Source of the DNA: Pelagomonas calceolata
Taxonomy: Eukaryota
Assembly: GCA_918797485.1 (NCBI GenBank)
Contig: CAKKNE010000003.1
Span: 62,001 to 126,000, forward strand
DNA: 64,000 nt
Direction of reading: 5' to 3'
Shown here piece after piece: positions 22,617 through 33,621 of the stretch. Position 1 is the stretch's first letter. Each line of letters starts with the position of its first letter. The notes below the pieces were generated by a model, which saw nothing but the letters and a program-made list of their open reading frames with translations, made no database searches and was not told the origin of the DNA. The translations under genes and the position numbers were made by a program.

Positions 22617-25265
22617 TTAGTCCACGAACCCATCACTGTCCGCGCGCCCCGACGCCACGGGCATGGCGTGGCTCTTGACGGGCTCGCCGCCCTTGAAGTC
22701 TCCCGTGCCCCAGATGTTCGACGGGAGCGCGTCCTTCTGCGGCACGCGCATATCCAACTGGCCCGCGTTCTCGGCGATGCCCTGGCTGTCGACGCAGCGC
22801 ACGTTTAGTAAACCGCGCTGGCCCCAGTCGGCGACCATACAATCAATAGGCGCGTGGGCGCACCCTTCCGTCTCGATCAGGTGCTGGAGCTTGCGGGCGC
22901 CCTCTCGACTCACAGCGTAGGCTAACAAACACCACGTGCGGAAGCCCTCCGTCGTGGCGACGCGGACCTTTGATGGATTAAGCTTCTTCGGCGGCTGCGG
23001 CCAGTGGTCGGGGTAGACGTAGAGGTAGCACACATCAAAATCCGGGCCCCGGCAGACCTGATCCACGGCCTCCCGGAACGCGTCCGGCCCGTTGGGCAGG
23101 ACCGCGTCGTCCTCGAGGACGACGAAGAAGGGCTTCGGGCAGTGCGCGAACCGGCGCCACAGCTGCGCGTGGGAGCACAGGCAGGCCACCTGGCCCACCG
23201 TCGCCTGCCAGACGTCCGTCGCGAGGCGCACGCCGAGGTCCTTCAGCGCGCGACTCAGCGCGTGGGCGTCCTTCCCTTCCACGGCCTTGTGCCGCTTGAT
23301 CTCGGGGCACGACGCCACGAGGCGCTCGTAGCTCTCGACCCGCCGCGGCGCGCTGCCCAGGACGATGGCGTGGCAGCTGTCGACGGGCACCGGCAGTTCG
23401 ATATCTCCCGTCAGGTCCATCTTGGAGATAGCTCTTTCAAAGCCTTGCGCCCACCTCCTCGCCGAGAAGAGCGGCGCGTCGACCCGCCCCCGCCGCAGCG
23501 CGACGCTCAGCCGCCGGCGCTCGTCGCCGTCGCGCGCGAGGCGCAACACGTTCGCCGCGAAGGCGCCGTCCCAGTCGTCGGCGACGAGGCCGCGCGCGCC
23601 CTCGTGCCGCGCCGCCGCGAGCGTGACCGAGGCGCCGACGCGCGACGCCTGCGTGCGTTGACATGTTTGCTCGATGGCGTCGACGATACTCAAAAAGGAC
23701 GCCGCATCACACCCAGCGCGGCTCGGCGTCGCACAGCGCCGTGCACAGCGGCACGCCGGCCCAGGCGTAGTCCGCCGCGAGCGTGTGGCTGTTGTAGGCG
23801 CGCGTGTCCAGGGCGAGGTCCGCGTGGCGCAGCCGCTCGAGGTGCGCCGGCCGGTCCTCGCGCCCCGCGAACACCAACCGGTCCCGGGCCTCCTCCTCGC
23901 CACCCGGCAAAGTTTTCGCGGCCCGTGCGAGCGCCCGCGTCCGCAGCGAATTACCAGAATCGCTCCCGGGCGCGTACAACCAAAGCTGCGTGTCGACCGC
24001 GGGAGCGCCGTGCGCGAGCTCCTTGACAATACGCACCCAGGCGTCGAAGCTTGTACAATCAACCTTGTGGGGCCGGTTCATGCACGCTAGCACGACGGCG
24101 TCGTCGCGCAGGCCGTGGTCCTTGCGGGACGTGGGCTCGCGGCTCTCCTTGTAGTTCAGCTCGTGGCGCTTGTAGGCCTCGGCGTCGCCGACCTGGTACG
24201 TGTGCGGCACGAGCACCGCCCGGTGCTCGTCGGGCGCCCAGCCCGCCGCCGCCCGCAGCCGCGCCGGCGCAACCACCGCATCCGCCAGCGCGTAGTCGTA
24301 GATGCCCGTGCCTCCCATGGGCGCCGGCGTCCCGAGCCCGCCCACGACCTGGATGCGGGCGGGTCTCCTTGCAATAATCTCGACGACGTCGCTCGACCCG
24401 GCGTGGCCGCACATATCCACGAGCACGTCCACGTTCAAATCCCGGATCGCGTTCGCGATTTCCTCGGTCGTCGCCGTTTCGCCGTCGACGACGACGTCGC
24501 AGCCCTTCTCGACGCGCCTCCTCTCGGGTGAGCCGTCGTCGGCGCAGAGCGTCACCAAGACAATATTCCGAAACTCGGTCTCGTCGAGGGCGCACAGCGC
24601 GGACGGTAGTAATTGAGATAAGGGGTGCGCTCCGGTGGCGTCGGGCGTCAGGAAGGCCACCGACGGCTTGTCGGGAGCTTCATTTTCCCGGCGCCGACCG
24701 CCCGCGCGGCGCGGCGCTCGTTTGTCCGACGACGTCGTTTTCGCGGCCGCGATCGCCTCCTCGAGGTTCAACCGGCCGCGCCGCGCGCAGCCCTCGCCGG
24801 ACACACCCAAACTCAGCGCCGAGAAGGGCGGCACCGCGCCCGCCTCGACGAGCTCCGCGGCGTCCTTCGTATCCTTAGCATCGCCGTCGTCTTCCTCGAG
24901 GCCGCGCCACGTCGACCGCCGCGCGCGCAGCGCGAGGGCTCTCCGTCTATCCGTCGCGCCGCCCCGCGCCATGGCCTGGCGGCAGGCGTCGTACACGGCC
25001 TCCCAGTCCTCGGCGTCCGCCGCTAATGCGCCAGCGTCGCACGGCCCAGCGTCCTCGTTTTTTCGTCGCGCGCTTCAAACAAATGCGCGAAGCCGCGGCG
25101 CAGTTCCGGCGGCAGGTCGGCTCTTCTAGCATCTCTTGCTCTCAATTCCAGGAGCAGCGCTTCGGCCGTCGAGCTGCTTGGCGTCGACCAATGCGGCGGC
25201 GCGGGCGACGCCGGCGGCGAGGCTTTCCTCGCCCCCGCTTTTTCGCAGCACCAGCTTTCTGTCAT
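22617..25265 (-). CDS. GT41 (OGT/SPY-like catalytic) - GT25 fusion glycosyltransferase; one intron, 5' frameshifts
   Basis: HPLSQLL, DVLVDMCGH, MNRPHKV, LALDTRAYNSHT..WAGVP, ASRVGAS; then GQVACLCSH..W, VLEDDA, AYAVSREGARKL, PID. Confidence 0.8.
23649..23712 (-). mobile_element. Short degenerate introner-family intron (64 nt, GT-AG)
   Basis: Contains GCTCGATGGCGT (+); removal gives EPRW-ASRVGAS, the OGT motif, and bypasses a TGA. Confidence 0.75.
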
Positions 25266-25835
25266 GATGATGCCGCGGGCTCGCCCACGCCTCCGTGCAC
25301 GCGAGCGACAGGATGATTGCTGCTGCTCTCATTTTGCAGTGCTGTGCTTTTTGCGCTCTGCCGGCGCGAAGCGATGCAAAATCGTTCTGTTCTGAAGGAT
25401 TTGGGTTGTTGGCAGTCCGTATCGAAGCGCACGCGTAATTCTAACGTGAGCAAGGACCACAATCACTCATGCTCTTGGTCCAATGCCAAGAGATAATGCC
25501 AAGCATTTAACCTCGCCATGCTGTCTCTAACATTCCGATCAAAAACAGGCCTGAATTTGCACCGCTGAGCGCTTTCCAGCCACGCTGAAAACCCGTAGGC
25601 TCTCGATTTTTTGAGGTCGTCTGCGTCTCCGCGCATAAATTTACCACCAGGGGCAGCTACGCTGCATTTAAATAGCTCGTGCCGCACACAAAGGCTGCTG
25701 CTCCGCTGCATCGCTTCGCACGCCTCCTCCACTGATTAGCATCGCTTCGCACTGCAGAAGCGGAGCAAAGGGCTACTGGCGCGCCTCCTCCACGTCTTAT
25801 TAGCGCTCTGCGCGATCGCCACCGCCGAACGAAAC

Positions 25836-26537
25836 ATGGGCCTCTTCCAGTCGAAGCCAAAAGCTGCATGCCTGCTCGACATCGACGGGACGCTGGCCCT
25901 CACGGACCCGCTCTACGTCAAGGCCTTTCAAGATTTGATGGCCGCCGAAGGCGTCAGTGGAGTCGACGAGGCCTGGTTCGCGGAGCACGTGGCGGGCAAG
26001 GTCGATTCCGTGGTGTTCAAGAACGTGCTGCCCGGCGCGGTGGACGACGGCCGCGCGAACGCGGCCTCCAAGGAGAAGGACCGGCTCTTCTGCGCGCGCG
26101 TCGCCAGCGACGGCTGCGACATCGTCCCCGGGCTATCGTCCTTTTTCACCACGTGCCGCGCCGAGAATATCCCATGCTGCGCGGTGTCGAACGCGCAGCG
26201 CGGCGGCTGCGAGGCTGTATTAAAGCACGTCAAGGCGCACTGCCCCGACGCGTCTTCAGCAATACGCGACCTAGTCGTCGGCGCCGAGTGCGCGCGGGCG
26301 AAGCCGCATCCCGACCCCTATATCGAGGGGGCATCAAGGGTGGGCCTGCCGCCATCGCGCTGTATCGTTTTTGAAGATTCGCGCACGGGCATCAAGGCGG
26401 GCGTCGCCGCGGGCTGCGTCGTCGTGGGCCTCACGACGTCGATGACCGCGAGCGCGATGCGCGAGGCGGGCTGCGCCGCGACGGTGCGCGACTGGTCCGA
26501 GGTGACGGCGGAGTTCCTCCAGGGGCTCCTGGCCTAA
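25836..26537 (+). CDS. HAD-superfamily hydrolase (CbbY/beta-PGM-like)
   Basis: LLDIDGTL, VSNA, KPHPDPY, IVFEDSRTG; MGLFQS possible myristoylation. Confidence 0.9.
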   Translation: MGLFQSKPKAACLLDIDGTLALTDPLYVKAFQDLMAAEGVSGVDEAWFAEHVAGKVDSVVFKNVLPGAVDDGRANAASKEKDRLFCARVASDGCDIVPGLSSFFTTCRAENIPCCAVSNAQRGGCEAVLKHVKAHCPDASSAIRDLVVGAECARAKPHPDPYIEGASRVGLPPSRCIVFEDSRTGIKAGVAAGCVVVGLTTSMTASAMREAGCAATVRDWSEVTAEFLQGLLA

Positions 26538-27070
26538 TTCTTGTGTAAGGAAGTCGTCTTTGATACTACATTCCATGTGAGAGGGCGAGGTACCGCTCTG
26601 CGCGGGGTCGTGAGGGGTCTAGGAGACGTCGCATTCGTGCCAAGCGCTGGAATGCGGCGTGTCTGCGTGCGCGGCGGGCGGCGCGCCTCTCGGCTCGCTG
26701 GGCTCACGCGAGCACACACGGGCTATCTTGCTCAAGGTGACGATAAAAGGAGTCTATTCGCGGCGTCTATCGAACTTGAGGCTGCATCGAGCAGCGTGGT
26801 GGTCCACGGCGAGCTCCGGTGCCGCGCCGGCGCGCCTGGCGCCGGGCAGCGCGGGCAGCTGCAAAATTCGGCCTGGGGCAGAGGCGGGCTGCACTGGCGC
26901 GCGCGGCCCGCGGGGCAGCCGCAGCATGCAGCCCTGGTTCCGACCGGAGGCCGAGGCCGGCCGCGCGCACGCGGGAGCTGCCGCCCGGCGCGCTGCATAC
27001 AAGCTCAGTACGCCGCCGGCCGCGGCGGCCGCGCCCCGTCCGGGGCCCGGCCAGGCGAGCCCAGGCTAAG

Positions 27071-27191
27071 TCGCGACGCGCACCATCGCATGGGCGCACG
27101 CCGAGACGCGCACCATCGCACGTCCGCACGTTGAGAAGCTCACCATCGCATCGCGCGCCGCCGAGACGCTCACCATATCGCATTCGCGCAG
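27071..27191 (+). repeat. 4 x 30-bp tandem repeat, probably inside a 5'-UTR intron
   Basis: CACCAT(CG/AT) at 27081, 27111, 27141, 27171; ends TCGCGCAG 9 nt before ATG 27201. Confidence 0.8.
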
Positions 27192-27200
27192 GTCGCAACC

Positions 27201-27647
27201 ATGGTGAAGGTCGTCGTCTTCCTCGCGGCCGCCGCCGGCGCGCTGAACTTCGGCTCCAAGCCGACGACGGCCGGCACGACGCCCGCGGCCTTCAAGCCGG
27301 CGTTCGGCAACCCCGCCCAGATCGCGCAGCGCGCCGCCGCGCGCCTCGCGAAGCAGGAGGAGTGCAAGAAGGACCTCATCCCCACGCCGGGCCGCTTCCT
27401 CTTCGCCTTCGGCCGGCCCGACGTCCTCGCGGCGCGCCAGGCCGAGCGCTGCGCCAAGTGGGAGTGGAGCTCCGAGTTCCTCGCCAAGGCGCGGCCCGAC
27501 AAGGCCGGCGTCGGCAACTACGGCGCGGGCGACTACTTCGACGACGGCCTCACGGTCCTCGAGCGCAACCAGATCGCCTCCGGCAAGGAGTCCTTCCTCA
27601 CGGGCGGCGCCAAGGCGGCCTACCGCGCGCGGACGGGCCAGTTCTAG
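27201..27647 (+). CDS. Hypothetical plastid-targeted protein
   Basis: Signal peptide MVKVVVFLAAAAGA-LNF plus transit-like segment; extreme C/G third-position bias suggests high expression. Confidence 0.75.
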   Translation: MVKVVVFLAAAAGALNFGSKPTTAGTTPAAFKPAFGNPAQIAQRAAARLAKQEECKKDLIPTPGRFLFAFGRPDVLAARQAERCAKWEWSSEFLAKARPDKAGVGNYGAGDYFDDGLTVLERNQIASGKESFLTGGAKAAYRARTGQF

Positions 27648-27852
27648 GCGTCTTCCACACCCCGCGCGGGTGCGTTAGTTTGTCCCTCTGAATGGCGTTG
27701 TGTTGCGGTGCTAGGGCTAGTGGCCCGGAGGCGGGCGCCGCGCGTCGCCGTCGTTGGCTTCGCGTCGTCCGCGCGGCGACGGCGCTTTTCGAGGCGTTCC
27801 CGGCGACCTCTTGGATCGTTGGCGGTCGAATCCGAGATCGATGCACGGTTAC

Positions 27853-27874
27853 GCTAGCGTACATACATACTAGG
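27853..27874 (+). promoter_or_regulatory. Intergenic CTAG element (degenerate)
   Basis: GCTAGCGTACATACATACTAGG, 140 bp upstream of ATG 28014. Confidence 0.45.
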
Positions 27875-28013
27875 GACAATGCGACCGCGTCGCGCCCAAA
27901 CTCCGCTCTCCGGGGGGCCTGACCCGCTATGGAGTTCAATGGCGCTGCTCCACCGGCTTATACTGATGCCGCACCGATAAGTACGATCGGGCACGCCTTA
28001 CAGAACGCGAGCA

Positions 28014-30404
28014 ATGGCGAACCACCCGAACGCCTCGCTCCCGCCGCGCCCCGCGCGCGGACTAAACGAGCCGAGAGGTGCATCCGACGCGCCGCTGCCG
28101 GTCCCTCAAGCAGCCGCCGCAAGTTCCCGATCGCCCGCGGTCGTGATGCAAGCCGCGACGTTGCCTCCGGCCGCGCCACCATCCGCGCCGCCGGCAGCGA
28201 CACCAGCCGCGCCGCTAGCCGCGCCGCCAGCCGCGCCGCCAGCACAGATGCCCGTCGCGCTGCCCGCAGCCGTGCCTGCTGCGCCACCAGCCGCGCCGCC
28301 GGCCGCGCCGCCGGTCGCGCCGCCGGTCCCGCCCGGCGTCTTCGACTGGATCTGCGCGAGTTGTGCCAATATCAATTCCTCCGGCCGCGTAGCCTGTAGC
28401 AAATGCCAGCGGCCCGTCTGCGCCGCGTGTCGGCTGGTCACACCGCGCGCCGCGGCCGCGGCCGCGGCCGCGGGCTGCGCGCCGCCCGTGGCCGCGGCCG
28501 TGATCATCAAGCTGCCCTTCGCGCCGCCGCCCGCGGCGCCCGCGCCGCCACCGGAAGAACCGAAGAAGAAGGAGTACACCGGCCCGAGCATCGCCGAGAT
28601 CCGGGCCGCGTACCAGCGCGAGCAGGCCGCGGCCCTCGGCCCGCCGAAGCACGGCAAGCGGCCGTCGGCCTTCCTGCAGCCGCGCTACAGCACGCGGTCG
28701 ACGGCGCCGCCGCCGCCGCCGAAGCCCGAGCCCGAGCCGGAGCCGAAGCAGCCCCTCTTCGCGCCGGCGCCGCCGCGGCACGCCCCCCGCGAGCGCGCGC
28801 CGCCGACGGCGCGCGGCGGCCGTCCCAATAAAAGGGACGCCTACGCGGCGCAGCGCGTCGGCCAGTCGGCGGTCACGTTTCTCGGGGAGCGGGATCTAGC
28901 CAGACGGTCGAACGCGCGGTTCCTGCCCGAGCCGCGGCCGCGCGCCTACTGGCACCCCGAGACCAAGGACTCGTGCGAGGTTTGTGGCGGCGCCTACACG
29001 GACTGCCTGGAGGACACGATCGTCTACTGCGACGGCTGCGACCGAGGGTTCCATCAAAGATGCTACCACGTGACGGTCATCCCCGAGGACGACTGGTTTT
29101 GTAGGGTGTGTATTAGGAGGAGAGGCGGCGTGACGCCGCTGACGATGATCCCCCAGGCGCCCGCGGTCCCCACGATCGTCGAGCACGAGGAGAGCGGCGA
29201 CCCCGATCTTATTTTAGATGCGCTGAAGCACGCCGGCTTAGATAAATGTGTGGATTTCCTCGTGCTGGCTTCAGTACAATTAAGGTTCGGCTACCCGTCT
29301 TTACCTTTAAGGAGTCTCATCGACTGTTTGCGGACGGACCTGGAGCGCGTCGTGGAGTGGGACAAGGAGGGGCCGTGCGCCTACGAGAAGCTCTGCAAGA
29401 ATTATCTGCGGAACACGGGCATCCTCCCCAAGAAGGAGCCGCGGTGGTGCACGGCTTTGGCTGATTGTCTGCGGATCATGCAGTGCGTCGAGATGTCGAG
29501 CTGGCTCGTGGATCAAGATGAATTGCAGGCTTGTAGACCGGTAGGCATGGAGCCGGCAGAAAGTACAGACGAGTTTAGTGTAGGAGACACGGTAGAAGCC
29601 CAGTGGAAAGGTAGAGCAGAATGGTGGGAGGGCACGGTCGAGTCCGTGGGCGAGCTGACGCTGGGCGTGCGGTACGACGACGGGACTGTGGAAGAGGCCG
29701 TGCCCATCGGGTTGTGCCGGCCCGGCGCCGAGCAGCGCACGAAGAACAAGGAGTACAAAGAAAAGATGGAGGCGGACATCCGGGAGAAGCTGAACGGGCT
29801 GAACGCGCGGCGGCGGGCGAAGATTCTGCGGGTGCTGGCGGAGGAGACGCTCCAGGGCGGCGTCGTCAAGCAGCGGCTCGAGAAGTACACGGGCCAGTCG
29901 CGCGACTGGTACCCGCGCCAGTTCATCGACGAGACGCTGATTGGCGTCGACTCGCAGGGGCGCGCGTACCGGTGCATGGAGGACGACGTCGGCGGCTGCC
30001 TGTTATATAGGGAAAAGGACCCGACGCGGACGCCGCCGCACGGACCCCACGCCCACGAGCGCGCGCGGAAGCGGCCCAAGGTCGCGGCGCCGTCGCGGAG
30101 GGACCAGCGTTCTAATCCGTCGGCCGAGGCTATCGCCTGCAGCGCGCGCCAGATCCACACGATCGCTAATGAGCTGATCGGCGGCCACGACGGCGACGAG
30201 CTCTGGCTCGCGAAGTGTTTGCGCGACCTGGCGAAGCACGTGGCCGCGAAGCGCGAGGAGCGCGCGTCGATCTTGAAGCAGCAGGAGCGGGCCATCCGGC
30301 GGGAGCGCCAAGTCGCGCGGGATTTGGGCAGTTATGTCTTACCGGAGAGCGAGTCGCGGACGCGCGGCAAGAAGGTCGATTACAGTGATATGGGGAACGG
30401 GTGA
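28014..30404 (+). CDS. Chromatin reader: RanBP2-type ZnF, PHD finger, DDT-like, Tudor/Agenet, WHIM-like motifs
   Basis: WICASCANIN..CSKC; CEVC..YCDGCDRGFHQRC..WFCRVC; FSVGDTVEAQW..WWEG..YDDG; IGVDSQGRAY. Confidence 0.85.
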   Translation: MANHPNASLPPRPARGLNEPRGASDAPLPVPQAAAASSRSPAVVMQAATLPPAAPPSAPPAATPAAPLAAPPAAPPAQMPVALPAAVPAAPPAAPPAAPPVAPPVPPGVFDWICASCANINSSGRVACSKCQRPVCAACRLVTPRAAAAAAAAGCAPPVAAAVIIKLPFAPPPAAPAPPPEEPKKKEYTGPSIAEIRAAYQREQAAALGPPKHGKRPSAFLQPRYSTRSTAPPPPPKPEPEPEPKQPLFAPAPPRHAPRERAPPTARGGRPNKRDAYAAQRVGQSAVTFLGERDLARRSNARFLPEPRPRAYWHPETKDSCEVCGGAYTDCLEDTIVYCDGCDRGFHQRCYHVTVIPEDDWFCRVCIRRRGGVTPLTMIPQAPAVPTIVEHEESGDPDLILDALKHAGLDKCVDFLVLASVQLRFGYPSLPLRSLIDCLRTDLERVVEWDKEGPCAYEKLCKNYLRNTGILPKKEPRWCTALADCLRIMQCVEMSSWLVDQDELQACRPVGMEPAESTDEFSVGDTVEAQWKGRAEWWEGTVESVGELTLGVRYDDGTVEEAVPIGLCRPGAEQRTKNKEYKEKMEADIREKLNGLNARRRAKILRVLAEETLQGGVVKQRLEKYTGQSRDWYPRQFIDETLIGVDSQGRAYRCMEDDVGGCLLYREKDPTRTPPHGPHAHERARKRPKVAAPSRRDQRSNPSAEAIACSARQIHTIANELIGGHDGDELWLAKCLRDLAKHVAAKREERASILKQQERAIRRERQVARDLGSYVLPESESRTRGKKVDYSDMGNG

Positions 30405-30596
30405 GCAATCCGGCGTTGCGTGTCTATAGGGTAAGAGCAATTTATTTCATCGCTCCTCAGCCCTCAGCTGCTTCAGGCTCAGCTAGGCATCAAATCGGGT
30501 TTTTGCCGGTCCTTCACAATTGCAAAGGAGCTCAATTCGTGCATAGACCTGCGCGCGACGCACGCCACGATCGCTATTCGTCGAACTTGAGTAGCA

Positions 30597-31216
30597 ATGG
30601 CACCACCAAAGCAAAAAGCTGCAAGCTATGAGTTAATTGAGACCGGTGGCGGCGAGGGCTATGGGTCTTTGGAGCCGGCGAGCGCGGATTCTACAAACGA
30701 AGAATACGACAAATACGACGGCGGCGAAACGCCGCGGCAAAAATTGCTCTCGCTCGTGGCGCCGGCGTCGGCGACGGGCAAGTTCCTCTTACGACGACGG
30801 AGCGCGCGATCCAGCAAAGCCTGACGGAGGCTTCCAAAGGCCGCACGACGCTCGTCGTCGCGCACCGCCTCTCGACGATCATCGGCGCCGACGAGATTAT
30901 CGTATTGCGAGACGGGCGCGCCGTCGAACGAGGGACGCACGCCGTCCTCGCGAAAAAACCGAAGGGTCTCTACGCGGGGCTTTGGAAGGCGCAGAGCGGC
31001 ACCGAGAAGAAGGGATATCTCTCGGCGGAGGAGTGCCGGCGCCATATCGACACGGCATGTCCATCTGGCTGCCCGGCCCTGAGGAATCGTCCGCTCCTCC
31101 GCACTGTCTCCTTGCCGGCGCCCCGTCCCGCCGTCCAGGACGACAACGACCTGATCTACCGCCCGGCGCCAGTGGCGGTGGAACAGGTCGTGGAGCTCCA
31201 CGACGAGGAGGAGTAA
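30597..31216 (+). pseudogene. Internally deleted ABCB-type (ATM1/HMT1-like) transporter remnant
   Basis: After ~65 codons the sequence jumps to TTERAIQQSL..GRTTLVVAHRLSTIIGADEIIVLRDG..ERGTH..LYAGLW; no TMD, Walker A or signature motif. Confidence 0.7.
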
Positions 31217-31234
31217 GTTATTCTTTCGGTCGCA

Positions 31235-31256
31235 GCTAGCCGATAAAGACACTAGA
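31235..31256 (+). promoter_or_regulatory. Intergenic CTAG element (variant)
   Basis: GCTAGCCGATAAAGACACTAGA, ~190 bp upstream of ATG 31447. Confidence 0.6.
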
Positions 31257-31446
31257 CTAGTTTGATTTTTGGCCGCTTCACAACGTGCGCTGCACCGCGC
31301 AGCATTGGACTGGGAACGTGTCGAACGCGTGGTCGCGACCAATTCCTGCGGGCTGCGCGACGGCACGCATCAACAGCCTGCCCCCCATAGAGCACGCCAT
31401 CACCGCTGCCCCCATTAGAGCAACAGCGGAAGGTGCCCACGCTACG

Positions 31447-33604
31447 ATGGCCGCCCTCACCGCTACACTGGACGATGAAGCACAAGAAGTGGAGGACTAC
31501 AGCGCCGAGTTCGACAGCGTCTCGTCGTTCGCTTCTGTCGCGGGCTCGCCGCGCGCCGCGGCGGTGGCGGCGGGCGAGGACTACTCGACCGACTCGTTCG
31601 CCTCGTTCGCGGGCTCGCCGCGCGCCGCACAAGTGGCGGCGGACGACTACTCGGAGGACTTCGACTCGCCGCGCGCGGCAGCGGCAGCGGCCGGCGAGGA
31701 CTACTCGGCGGACTTCGACGGTCCGCAGCGCGGAGTTCGACAACGCGAGCGACGACGACTCGCTCACGTCGTGGCAGTCGCTCGATAGGGCGCGCGCCGA
31801 GGCGCGGAACGTGCCCAAGGCGCGGCAGCGCGAGCTCGAGGCGCTCATGGGCGCGGCCGCGGCGGCGGGCGACCGCTACCTGCTCCTCACGCATCTGTCC
31901 GAAGGCGCGCGGGCGAACGCGTCGGACGAAGAAGGCAGGACGGCCCTGTCCTTGGCGTGCGCGGCGGACCAAGCGGACGCGGTCACGTGCTTATTGCAGC
32001 ACGGGGCCCTGAGCACGCGCCGGGACAAGGACGGCCGCACGCCGCTCTGGACCGCGTGCCTCAAGGGCTCGGTCGAGTGCATCGCCGCGCTGGCGCAGGA
32101 CGAGGCCCTCGCCGCGACCTTCGACGTCACGTATCGAGGGCTCACGTGCGCCTACGCCGCCGCGTCGTCGGGAAACAAGGACGCGATTTGCGCCTTGGCC
32201 GGCGTCGATCCAATGTGTGTCCAACGGCGGTGCGGCGACCGGGACGCGCTGGCCTGCGCGGCAGAGCGGGGCGACGCGACGGCGTGCGCCGTTTTGTTGG
32301 AGGTGGCCCGGTGGGAGACGCCCGTGATGGGCGCGACGCCGTTGGAACGGGCGCTGCAGGCGGGCTTCGTGGACTGCGCGTCGTTCCTCCTCGCGAAAAT
32401 GGCGTTCTCCGTGGATTTACTGAAGGGCGACGCGAAGCGGCCGTCCCTGAAGCGGCGGTGCTTCGAGGCGGCCGTCCGGAGCCAAGAAGCGACCGTCTTG
32501 ACGTGGGTCCTCACGAGCGCCGACGTGGCGGCGCTGCCGGGCAGCTTCGGCGAGCACCCGACGCGGCTGACGCCCCTCGTCTATTGCATCGTGCGCGCGC
32601 CGCCGCTCGTGGGCGTCGTAATAGAGCTGCTGAAATGCGACGTGTCCGAGCCGTCGGGGCCGCAGCGGACGCCGCCCCTGCTCGTGGCGGCCGTGCGGGG
32701 CGCCGCCGAGGCCTGCGCGCGGCTCTTGCAGCGGGGCGCCGACCCGTTCTGCGCCGACGGGAACGGCGCCACGGCCGTCGAGATGGCGGAGCTGACGGAA
32801 GCTAAAAGCGCCTTCCCGCAGCTCCTCGCGCTGCCGGCCCTGCCGCCGGACCGCTGGTACGCCAAGGAGGAGGCAGACGTCCGCGTCGAGCCGATCACCG
32901 GCGGGCGCTGGCGGCGCCGCGTCGACGAGTCGTACGCGAGCTACGGCGACTCCTTCGAGTCCTTTCGGGGGACGCCGCTCCCGTCGCCGGGCGACTCCTA
33001 CGCGCAGGACTCGTTCCACACGCCCGAGCTGTCGCGGTCGCGGCCCGAGTCCGAGCGGTACAGCGCGACCTTCGAGGCGGAGCCGTTTGGAGTAGGAACG
33101 CGGGTCGAGGCGCGCTACGAGGGCGGCGACGAGTGGTACGCGGGCGTCGTCGAGAGTATCCAAGGGGACGCCTACGACGTGCTGTATGACGACGGCGACC
33201 GCGAGACCGGCCTCGACAAAACATTAATACGGCGCGAGATCGCGCTCGACGCTTCGTACAGCAACGCCTTCGAGTCGCTGCGCGCGAGCGACTCAACATT
33301 ACCCCAGGGACGGTCCAAATCTATAGCGACGCAAGCCGCGGTCTTCGACCCGATACCGGAGCAGGAGGTCACGCGCTTTCCCCGCAGCGCCGTCGCGCCG
33401 GCGGCGAGGGAGCTCGCTTCGAAGATGGAAGCCGTCATGGAGGCCATCGACCGGCCCCCGAGCGACCCGCTGACGTACCTCCGCGCGCTGCACGCGAAGA
33501 GGGACGACGCGCCGCCCGCGTCGCCCGACGGCGTCGAGGCGACGCCCGCCGGCGTGGACGCGTACCTCCGGGCGCTCCGGTTTTATACAAGTACTGGGCA
33601 ATAA
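31447..33604 (+). CDS. Ankyrin-repeat plus Tudor/Agenet protein with N-terminal EDYS repeats (frameshift near 31720)
   Basis: GRTALSLAC, GRTPLWTAC, TPLERAL; FGVGTRVEARYEGGDEWYAGVV..YDVLYDDGD. Confidence 0.8.
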
Positions 33605-33621
33605 TACTATGTACAACATAT

